From Octopus bimaculoides (taxonomy: Eukaryota), in assembly GCF_001194135.2 (NCBI RefSeq), contig NC_068982.1, positions 13,649,361 through 13,693,469 on the forward strand: a DNA stretch of 44,109 bases, given 5' to 3'. The notes below the pieces were generated by a model that was given only the letters and a program-made list of their open reading frames with translations, had not been told where the DNA came from and did not search any database. The number at the start of each line of letters is the position of its first letter. Position 1 is the first letter of the stretch. Shown here piece after piece: positions 34,323-44,109 of this stretch. The translations under genes and the position numbers were made by a program.

Positions 34323-34419
34323 CTACAAATCAAAGTGTTATCAGCTAAAGTTTGGGAAAGTGAAAGTGATATGCAAGATCACCCACTTCGTGATATGTTT
34401 TTTGATATTCTTTGCCTCA
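34323..34419 (+). CDS. Candidate 97-nt exon, LQIKVLSAKVWESESDMQDHPLRDMFFDILCL (or a terminal exon ending at TAG 34443-34445)
   Basis: Acceptor aatctttcacag and donor CTCA|gtaaaa. Open for 40 codons from the acceptor. No homology recognised. Confidence 0.28.
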
Positions 34420-35710
34420 GTAAAAGATGCAATGCTTGTGGCTAGAATATCTTAAAGGAGTGGGGAGGGGGTAATCTTTGACTAAACAACAACAACAACA
34501 GCAATGGAAAATGATGTAAATAATTCTTGAAAACTGTTTTAATGTTTCTGCAAAAATAGTTAATATTTTACAATAAACATCTAAAATAATAGTATCCAAA
34601 TTAATAGTATCCAAAATAAATATGAAACCCAAGTTAACAGAACTTTCGAAAATTCTATAGTATAGAATCTACTGGCAACATGTTTGTTTGTCTACATCCA
34701 TTTCTGCAATTTATTACAGTTTCTTTTTTTCCTTCATTCATTTTCAAATGTTTTTAGTTTGCCATAATTGCTTATTGCAGCTAATTAAATGACATTCATT
34801 ATATTGTATCTCCTATTATTCACAGTATCTCTTTTACAATATGGCCATCACTCCTAATCGAATATGGTTTGGTATCAATGTGTACAATGAATTCCTCTAA
34901 AATTTTTTTTTTTTAAGTGCTCATGTAGTCACGGCAAACTCAAATACACAAATACACTTTGAATCCTCCCACCCCTCACTCAAAAGAACATCCAAAACAT
35001 GACAGCTAGAGGGAGAGTGTGGGTTCCGACTTTTTACATAATAAATGCATTAAAAATAAAACTTCCTTGATAATGGAAAGTTCACAATGACAACATCACA
35101 AACCCCCAAGGAGCCATTATTTAGGAAGTTTACTACATAAACATTACAGGAATGCTAAATGGTTTAGTGAATGGAACAGCAGTACAATACTGGAGCATGA
35201 CACATCATTGTATAATTAGTTTCTTTTGATGGCATTCAATCAATGCTTCCAAGTGAAATGGTGTAGTTGATGGAATCTACACTAGATTCTTAACATTCTT
35301 AACCCCAGAGCTATTTATTTAATTTAATTTTATTTTATATTTACTTTTTTAGATCCAGTAGATCCAGTGGTAAGGTTTCTCATGGGTATCTCTGGTTCCC
35401 CATGTTAGTTTCAAATATTGGAACAAGGCCAGTAAGTTTGAGGAAGGGGCTGAATCGATTAGAATCCCCTTAAATATATGTGTGTGTATGTGTGTTTCTC
35501 TTGCAAATGAGCCTCACCATCATACTAATACTGTCACTTGTTTGTAATCTTTCATGGAAACATGTGCAGCCATGGGGAAATATTACCTTGTTTTGAAGCA
35601 GGTGAAGGTTGGTGATAGGAAGAGCATCCAGCTATAGAAAAATTTACCTAAATTATTTCCACCTGACTTTGCAAGTATAGAAACAATGATCATTATTATA
35701 ATGATGATGA

Positions 35711-35744
<34 letters not shown>

Positions 35745-35941
35745 CATACTTCAGCTCTAAACTCTAATATACCATGCAATAGGATCAAACCCCAAAGTAT
35801 ATGATTTGAGGGTAAATTTATTAAATAATAATGTTTTTTGAACCCTAGAAGAGCAGATGGTGAAGCTGGCCTTTGCACGGTTTGAACTCATGCGACTGTA
35901 TCACTATGATAAGACATTTATTGTTTGCTTCTAAAAATCTC

Positions 35942-36375
35942 AGGAGGCATGGCTGTGTGGTAAGAAGCTTGCTTCCCAGCCACATGGTTCAGGGTTCAGT
36001 CCCACTGTATGGCACCTTAGGTAAGTGTCTTTTACTATAGTGTCAGGTTGATCAAAGTGTTGTGAGTGGATTTACATAGATGGAGACCGAAAGAAGCCCA
36101 TTATATATATATATATATATATATATCATATATATATATGTGTGTGTGTGTGTATGCCTTTATATCTGTGTTTATCACCCCACCAGCACCACTACTTGGC
36201 AAACGATGCTGGTATGTTTGCATCACCGTAATTTAATGGTTCAACAAAAAAGACTGATAGAATAATTACATGCCTTTTATCAGATGAAGTACTGTGGTTG
36301 ATACATTCAAATAAAAATTCTTCAAGGCAGTGCCCCAGTATGGCCGCAGTCTAATGACTGAAATAAATAAAAGAA
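35942..36375 (+). mobile_element. SINE family C, diverged full-length copy
   Basis: ggcatggctgtgtggtaagaagcttgcttcccagccacatgg...tggccgcagtctaatgactgaaataaataaaag. Confidence 0.85.
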
Positions 36376-39133
36376 AAAGTTATATCTAATATCAGAAATT
36401 ATTGTTGTATTTTACCTTGTTTAACATGTACAAAAATATAAAACACATCTTCCACCAGAAAGGGAACCTGTATAAGCTGTTGGAAATAACAGCCAAATTT
36501 CTGTTAAACCACACTCTCTAAATCTAATAGAACACATCAAGTGTGTTACATTGTTAATTTTTAATAAATGAAATATGTTTCCCATTGAGTTTCTGGACAA
36601 ACCTATAATCTATCTGGGACCTAACTCTTAGTTAATTTGCTGTGCATATTTATAAGAGAACTTTAACTTCAAAATTACTAATGAATGATTAATTTAGAAT
36701 GTAAAAGCTTGGCAAGGGTTAATATTGCATACCAATACGATGATGCTATCTTGCATAAATGATAGTAAACATTAAAATATGGAACCTAAATAGACTTTCT
36801 TTTTTAATGTTTCCATAGGAAATCTGATTATGATCATTAGTAGAATGCACTAATGATTAAATGAAAATAAACAAAAATATTATCAACTGATTTCACATAA
36901 CAGCATCTGGTAGTTTCAATATTTTTTCAATAAGAATTTAAATATCTTTTGGTATTTTCATGCAGTGCTTTCTTTCTAACAGGAAATTGATTATGATCAA
37001 ATTTTTATAATTAGGGAAACAACTGTTTTAACCTTATCAGTAGAAAAAGAAATGTATATAGATAATTTTAATAGGAACTAAAATATGTCCTAAGGTTTCA
37101 GCTGACTAGAAATGTAAATTGTTAGGATAATAACTACAAGATAATATCACAAGGAAACTCCATGCATCCATTATCAGTATGGAGAAATGGATGTGAAATC
37201 AAGAATGAATAAATTAAATGCTCTGACTAGGAAACTGAATATGTTTTGATATTCACAACAGGAAATTGATTGTGTTTTAATGGCCTCACTAGGAAATTAA
37301 ATGTATTGATAGAGAAACTAAGTATCTGATAGCAGTTTTAATAACAACCAGTATAGAGAAAATAGTGCAGCCAATTTAGTGTGTTCAGATTTCCTTTTGC
37401 TTGACTCCATATTAAGAAGTGGGCAAGAGAAATAAAGTCATAAATTTTGAGTGAGTACTCAAGCTATAAAGCTCTATCCTAATGTTGCTTCTGATCGTTA
37501 GATCTTGATGAGTTTATTGAATCATTTTCGATGAGTTACACTTCTTTTCTCTTTGTTGTCAATGATTTTAATATTTTTTCAGCCACAGGATTTCTACAGA
37601 AATTGTAGGATTAATTGTTATAGAGTAAGATAATCCAAATAGCACAGATCAGGGAATTGCCTTTGCTTAAGTTCATTGTATCTTTTAGTATTCTATTCCT
37701 TGCAAAATGCAAATTATTTAATTATGAATTTGTATTGAGCAAAACATATAAAAAGATACTACAATGTGAGAAATAAGGTATGAAATCTATAAAGTCAGGT
37801 AGAAAACCAACCATCCACTGACTTAAGAAACCTTATCTTTATAAAATAATATCGACAACTACATCTGAAGAATTACGAAGTTCAAACTATGATTCACTTT
37901 AAAGAAATGATTGAAAATATTAATAACTAGTCATAGTTAGAAGCTGCATAATATAAACATGCCATACAAATACTATAGATGCAACATTTTGTTTATATTG
38001 CAATCCTGTTCTTTGATGTGCATTTACAAAGGCAGAGTGGACGTCTCTGACATATTTAGGGTGCTAAATCTGGGAATTACTCTCAAATGCTTGGTTGCTA
38101 TCTTTTATGTGTTGGACGAAGCCGAAATGACTAGGACTTTCCAACAGCAACAACGTATAATCTTTTAAAAGTGTTGATATCTCATTCAAAACAAAAGCTT
38201 ATTGAAATAAATGTTTTGTTTGGTAAATTCAAAGCAGACATTTCATCTACGTCATCATTATCATGTCTTTATTGGCAGATTTTTCCGAACAGTCTGTCAT
38301 TGTGTCACAACCTAAACCATGAATTACTGTAGCAAATGAGAAATTTTGTTTGAAGTTTTTAATGTGACTTCTGTTAAAAGAAGTGGAAATAAAATAGGTA
38401 AATAGAAGAAAATCTAGTTCACAAAAGGTAAAAAAAATTAATGACTTATAAAGTAATTATTATCTATTTTCCAAGAAGCAAATTCTCTCTGAAATGATAT
38501 TAAGAAATTATATTTGCTTCAATTATTTGTTATGATATTTTATTATCACGTTTTAGTACTTCATTCTCTAACATGGTTGCTAGCCAATCAAAACATCTAT
38601 CATCCATACACCAATTTTATCTTTATTCACTTCTCATATTTACTCAGTATATAGAAAATTCCACTTTGTATTGTAAACTGTGTAATCTTTAAATTGAAAC
38701 CAAAATTTAAGAACTCATTGTCTCATGTCACATATGAACCCATATTTATCAAATTATCTTATATATTTCCATTAGGTGTAAATTGATTTGGCTTGGAGGC
38801 AGCTAACACTGTTTTCACTATAATACATACATAATTACTAATGGTGTATCAATTGTGTGAGAGAAGAAAACGTAAGGTTTTCAAACAAATTAATGCTAAT
38901 GATAGACTCAGCTGCTGTTTCATAAATAATCAAAAGATATTTATACATATCAAAAGAATCCAATTACATTTTACCTTAACTTTTAATGTGATGTTATTTC
39001 ATTGTTGTTTGATTCTTGTAGGAAATATTTACCAATGTTTTCCTTTTCTTTTCATAGAATCCAATATTACTTTGAAATATCAAATGAATAGCTGGAGATC
39101 AAAGAAAAAGTGGGTAGTATTACNNNNNNNNNN

Positions 39134-39482
39134 TGATGATGATGATGGTGGTGGTGGTGGTGGTGGTGGTGACGACAACGACGATGACAATGATGACAAC
39201 GACGATGATAAGGAGGAGGGGGAGAGAGGCGAGGGGAGGGTGGTGATGGTGGTGGTGGTGGCGGTGGTGACAGTGGTGATGATGATGATAATGATGACGA
39301 CGATGAGCATGATGACCATGATGATGGTGATGATGACGATGACGACAGTGATGACAACAACAATGATAATGGTGAACGACAGTGGTAATGGTGAAGGTAG
39401 TGAGTGATACAGATGATGACAACAGCAGCAACAACAACAACAGGTACAATGTTGACAATGCTGACGAAGATGATGATTTTTG
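39134..39482. repeat. Compound trinucleotide low-complexity tract (GAT/GGT/GAC/GGA/CAA)
   Basis: Direct inspection. It explains the poly-H/S/M/T ORFs. Confidence 0.9.
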
Positions 39483-39554
39483 AAAATAGGAATAATACAT
39501 TTCTAAATCTCTCAGAGAGATTTATGCAGTAGCACCTTGATAGAGGGATAGGAT

Positions 39555-39729
39555 GTTGTCGACTTAATGTGACAGTCCCATGAAAGGGAAGAATGCTACT
39601 GTTATTTAGCCCTAGGAAACACTGTTTCCTGTTGGAAATGTGTCAAGTGCAACAGGAAATGGTGTTTCCTAGGGCTAAATAACAGTAGCATTCTTCCCTT
39701 TCATGGGACTGTCACATTAAGTTGACAAC
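39555..39729. repeat. Foldback inverted repeat, 80-bp arms and 15-nt spacer
   Basis: Arms 39555-39634 and 39650-39729 are reverse complements with 3 mismatches. Confidence 0.95.
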
Positions 39730-41078
39730 TTACTATCACTTTAAAGATGATGATGTAGATGATGATGCTGATGCTAACGAGAAGTAGAATATGAAAAATC
39801 ATGTTGATGATAATATCCATTTATAATTAGGACGGGGGGACAAAATGGGTAAATGAATAGCGTCAAAACATCACCAAAACCAAAGTGCTAAAGCTTTACA
39901 AGTGGAACTAGAACTTATATAATGCTGACAAAATATATTGTTTAAGGAATTCTTAAAATGAAAGGTAAATATAACCTTAAGCATACATTTATTTCTGAAT
40001 CAAGAGAAATATTTCTCGCAAGAAACATTACTCAACTTATAATAATCAATATCAAATATTTTGGTATATTTACATTGATAAAATATGAAGAGGCAATCAT
40101 TGCATAGTTTCATAAACTGTTTGCAAACCAACTAAAGAGAATTATTACCAGAGACAAGGAAAAGATTAAACAAAGCACTGAAGGAAAACAATCGCAATAA
40201 CTATCAGAAAATTAAGTAAAAACCAGAGAAATATTAACCAAATATGGATAATAATTTTTGCAAATTGATTTTATTGTGCATAATAAGGATTTAGGCAGAA
40301 AGGTAGGAGAAAGCAATAAAAGTGAAATATAAGAGTAAAAAAAAATATATAAAACCAAATAGAAAACAAATTAGAGTCAATAAAGAATAAGATAATAAAA
40401 TAAAATAATCAATATTGAAAATAAATTAGGGGATGTTAATTAATTAAATTTGTAATGGAGAGCATAATATAAAACCTTTCTGATCAAATTCAGATTTTTA
40501 TCAAATTTGTTTGTCAGTTAATCACTTAGGAACACATTTTGCTTTTTTTATTATTAAAATCAGTCATCAATAACTCCTATCATTATTTGTATAGAAATAA
40601 TTTTTGTTTATTCTTCTCTTTACCATATTTGCAAATCTATGTGTCAATAAGTGATATTTCTGAAACACACTACTGTCTTTTCCTTTCTCTGTCATTATAT
40701 TTGCTTCATATTAACAGTTTTTCTCAATACGTAGGCACAGAAGAGAAAGGTTTAAAAATAATATATCTTACCATAAGTGACAGTTATAAAATAATAACTT
40801 CGTTTCTTTCGAAAGCCAGGTTCCACTTCTTAGATTGCAGTTTCAGAACAATGTTGCAATCTATAAATAGTCATCCGTACAAAAACAATATTTTCTCCAT
40901 GCAGATGTCACCCTCAGTAGGTTTTCTAATTGCACACCATACAAGCTATATAGGCAAAGATATAGCTGTGAGCTGTCTGCATGCCAGTCATGAGGTGTTA
41001 GGCTTGGTTCCACTGCTTACCACCTTTCACAGATATCTTCTGCTATAGTTCAGTTTGGTAGACAGAAACTGTACAAAG

Positions 41079-41547
41079 GCAGTGAGCTGGCAGAGACATT
41101 AGCATGCCGGGCAAAATGCTTAGTAGTATTTCATCTACCGTTACGTTCTAATTTCTTTATTGCCCACAAGGGGCTACACACAGAGGGGACAAACAAGGAC
41201 AGACAAAGGGATTAAGTCGATTATATCGACCCCAGTGCTAAACTGATATTTATTTAATCAACCCCGAAAAGATGAAAGGCAAAGTCGACCTCGGCGGGAT
41301 TAGAACTCAGAACGTAGCAGCAGACGAAATACTGCTAAGCATTTTGCCCAGCATGCTAACGTTTCTGCCAGCTCTACCATTACGTTCTGAGTTCAAATTC
41401 CGCCGAGGTCGACTTTGCCTTTCATCCTTTCGGGGTCAATAAATTAAGTACCACTTACGCGCTGGGGTCGGTGAAATTGACTTAATCCATTTGTCTGTCC
41501 TTGTTTGTCCCCTCTATGTTTAGTCCCTTGTGGGCAATAAAGAAATA
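41079..41547 (+). mobile_element. SINE B containing an inverted SINE B, itself inserted in a decayed SINE C head
   Basis: Outer TSD agaaactgtacaaag at 41064-41078 and 41548-41562 (perfect). The host SINE C remnant starts near 40945. Confidence 0.9.
41150..41373 (-). mobile_element. Inner SINE B, full length, antisense to its host
   Basis: TSD ctacc(g/a)ttacgttct at 41135-41149 and 41374-41388. Confidence 0.9.
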
Positions 41548-41757
41548 AGAAACTGTACAAAGCCTGGTACACACACACACTTGCATATATGCATATATAT
41601 ACACATAAAACATGTTTTAAAGCACTACTAATAGTTTCATATGTTGAGAAAACTCAAACATATTCTTCAGGTGCAAACCACATGTATTGTAACCTTTAAA
41701 TAAATAATATTTATCTCTCACCAGATGGAATTCCTTTTTTGTTGAATTTTCTATCAA

Positions 41758-41850
41758 GGTGTGGTAAGTAGCTTGCTTACCAGCCACATCATTCTGGGTA
41801 CAGTCCCACTGCATGGCACTTTGGGCAAGTGTCTTCTACTATAGCCTCAG
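41758..41850 (+). mobile_element. SINE family C head running into a gap
   Basis: gtgtggtaagtagcttgcttaccagccac...ggcactttgggcaagtgtcttctactatagcctcag. Confidence 0.85.
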
Positions 41851-42151
41851 NNNNNNNNNNNNNNNNNNNNNNNNNNNNNNNNNNNNNNNNNNNNNNNNNN
41901 NNNNNNNNNNNNNNNNNNNNNNNNNNNNNNNNNNNNNNNNNNNNNNNNNNCACACACACAAACACATACACACGCACAAATGCATATATATAAAAAGAGA
42001 GAGAGAGTGTGTGTGTGTGAGAGAGAGAAGAATTAGTAAACATCAAGAGCACAATAATGTCTTTTGGGGACATTGGATCTTGAAGCAGATAAGCTATAAA
42101 TGATAGCATGAAAATATTAAGTTAAAAAATCCTTTTGGATAGAAGAAGTAG

Positions 42152-42198
42152 GTTGATGATAATAATGATGATGATGATGATGGTGGTGGTGATGATGT

Positions 42199-42238
<40 letters not shown>

Positions 42239-42480
42239 GACGCAAGAAGAAGGGGAGGGGATGAAGAGGAGGAGGGAAGGAGGAAGAAGAGGAGGAGGGA
42301 AGGAGGAAGAAGAGGAGGGGGGAAGGAGGAAGAAGAGGAGGGGGGAAGGAGGAAGAAGAGGAGGAGGGANNNNNNNNNNAAGAAAAAGAAGAAGAAGAAG
42401 AAGAAAAAGAAGAAGAAGAAGAAGAAGAAGAAGAAGAAGAAGAAGAAGAAGAAGAAGAAGAAGAAGAAGAAGAAGAAGCA
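42152..42480. repeat. (GAT)n, (GGA/GAA)n and (GAA)n purine-rich tract
   Basis: Direct inspection. It explains the poly-M/R/F/L/S ORFs. Confidence 0.95.
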
Positions 42481-43199
42481 ATAATAATGCCTTAAAGTTA
42501 GCATATGATTTGTTCATAAAATATGCAAACTCAAAAATTTAATTAAGTTATCAGGAAATCTACAATACATAATTCTAAATCATCATAAAAATTTTGCAAG
42601 CTGTTATGTTTTGACAGCTAAAAATTAAAACCCATCATTAGTTTTGTATTGAAAATTTTGGCAAAGATAATTGTTTCCTATCAGGTCTACCATACTTTCA
42701 TGCAATTTTTTTTTTGTGCATTGTGAATCTGGAAATTTGACTAGGAAATATCTTGGTAACTTGGTTTACAATTTTCAAGTGGAAGTATTGCCGATTTTCA
42801 GCAAAGCAGACAGAATCAGGTAGCATAGTGTTCCTTGCCTGTAGGAAGAAAATTGTCATGCTTCTGGTCAATAATTTGCCATTGCCTTTAACAGAAAACA
42901 AATGGAGTTAAATGCACTGTTTTGTTGTTAATAAATTCTTTTATAATTGAATATCTGAGATGAAATATTGTTAATAAGATAATGATTTATCAGATTATTA
43001 ATCTCTTCTTTAACGATGAAAATTTGTTTTAATACTTATGTCTAGATGACATTTCAGCTGTTTTGATCTTATACTGCTGTCAGGTATCTTATTCTTGGAT
43101 ATGCACAAATACCAAACTGGACCGAGATGCCTGGCACTTAGCTGTACTCAAGATGACCTGTGCTCCACAGTAGAAGTGTTAAGGCTGCTTCCCATCGTG

Positions 43200-43465
43200 A
43201 AGAGTATTGACCTGGAAGAGTCCTGTGCTGGTGGTACGTAAAAAGCACTCGTGCTGGTGCCACGTACGAGTGCTCGTGAGGTGTTGAGTAAAAGCAGCCA
43301 CCACACTCTGTGAAGTGATTTGGCATTAGGAAGTGGTTGCCATAGAAACCATGCCAAATCAGGTTGGAACCTGGTGCAGCTCTCAAGCCTGCCAGCTCTG
43401 GTCGAACCATTCAACCCATGCCAGCATGGATAACAGATGTTAAATGATGATGACGATGAAGGGGA
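43200..43465 (+). mobile_element. Diverged family D retroposon
   Basis: ggcattaggaagtggttgccatagaaacc...caacccatgccagcatggataacagatgttaaatgatgatgac. Confidence 0.8.
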
Positions 43466-43643
43466 GGAATGGAGGAGGATTATGTACAACAGCATGTATG
43501 TATATATATATATATATATCATTATAGATATAGGGTAAAGAATTATTAATTTAATAATTAATAATTTTACCAAGTAGTTCGGAATGGAAAAAAAAACCAA
43601 ACCATTATCGGTAATAACTTATACAAAAAGTTTTTTTAATAAT

Positions 43644-43833
43644 TATAAACATAATTAAGGGATCAGCAAAAGTTGCTTCACCACAATATATCTACTACTA
43701 CAATACATCTTCACAGACTCGTATTACTGTCTGTGGAGATATATTGTAGTAGAAGAATTAGTAATTTGACTGCTATTTCTAAATTTCAGTATGTAGTGAA
43801 GCAACTTTTGCTGATCCCTTAATTATGTTTATA
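43644..43833. mobile_element. MITE-like element with perfect 38-bp TIRs and an internal 24-bp-arm hairpin
   Basis: tataaacataattaagggatcagcaaaagttgcttcac (43644-43681) and its exact reverse complement (43796-43833). Inner arms at 43695-43718 and 43729-43752. Confidence 0.85.
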
Positions 43834-43867
43834 TATTTCGTTTTTGGATTTGGTATATATATATATA

Positions 43868-44109
43868 TCATCATCATCATCATCGTTTAACGTCCGCTTT
43901 CCATGCTAGCATGGGTTGGACGATTTGACTGAGGACTGGTGAAACCGGATGGCAACACCAGGCTCCAATCTAATTTGGCAGAGTTTCTACAGCTGGATGC
44001 CCTTCCTAACGCCAACCACTCAGAGAGTGTAGTGGGTGCTTTTACGTGTCACCCGCACGAAAACGGCCACGCTCGAAATGGTGTCTTTTATGTGCCACCC
44101 GCACAAGCC
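43868..44109 (-). mobile_element. Young family D retroposon running off the window end
   Basis: Near-identical to 27933-28130, and continues into the internal repeat units. Confidence 0.9.

Noticed and set aside
38776-39114. Possible start exon (MVYQLCERRK|gtaagg) spliced to 39058-39114 (SNITLKYQMNSWRSKKKW)
   Set aside because: Good splice sites, but very short, with no promoter evidence or homology. Kept below the reporting threshold.
38841-39500. Poly-His/Ser/Met/Thr ORFs here and poly-Arg/Phe/Leu ORFs at 42094-42542
   Set aside because: Trinucleotide tracts are open in several frames on both strands, which is low complexity and not coding evidence.
40539-41048. 169-aa plus-strand ORF
   Set aside because: F/L/S/I-rich composition typical of AT-rich non-coding DNA, TTG start, ends inside a SINE remnant, no motif.

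Overview
This is AT-rich eukaryotic non-coding DNA from a gapped short-read scaffold (11 N-runs). The repeat families look like those I recall from octopod cephalopods, which is an inference and not a database result. No full-length protein-coding gene can be recognised. Nearly every ORF in the supplied track comes from microsatellites, N-gaps or the antisense strand of repeats. The window is a layered mobile-element landscape: at least four SINE-like families, many with clear target-site duplications (TSDs); TTAA-, TA- and hAT-type MITEs; and decayed coding relics of a Hero-like and an R4/Dong-like RLE retrotransposon, a CR1/L2-like LINE, a Tc1 transposase and a Penelope-like GIY-YIG endonuclease. 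The most interesting signal is a Penelope/hammerhead system. It includes a minimal type I hammerhead ribozyme with an intact catalytic core (14311-14360, minus strand) and two copies of a chimeric retroposon with a tRNA-like head, an (AAT/AAC)n linker and a hammerhead-like tail. Both copies carry internal inversions, and one sits inside the GIY-YIG relic. Other structures worth checking are a SINE dimer under one TSD, a triple-nested inverted SINE, an 80-bp-arm foldback, and a duplicated SINE-derived 27-nt candidate microexon. Short candidate exons exist on both strands but are low confidence.
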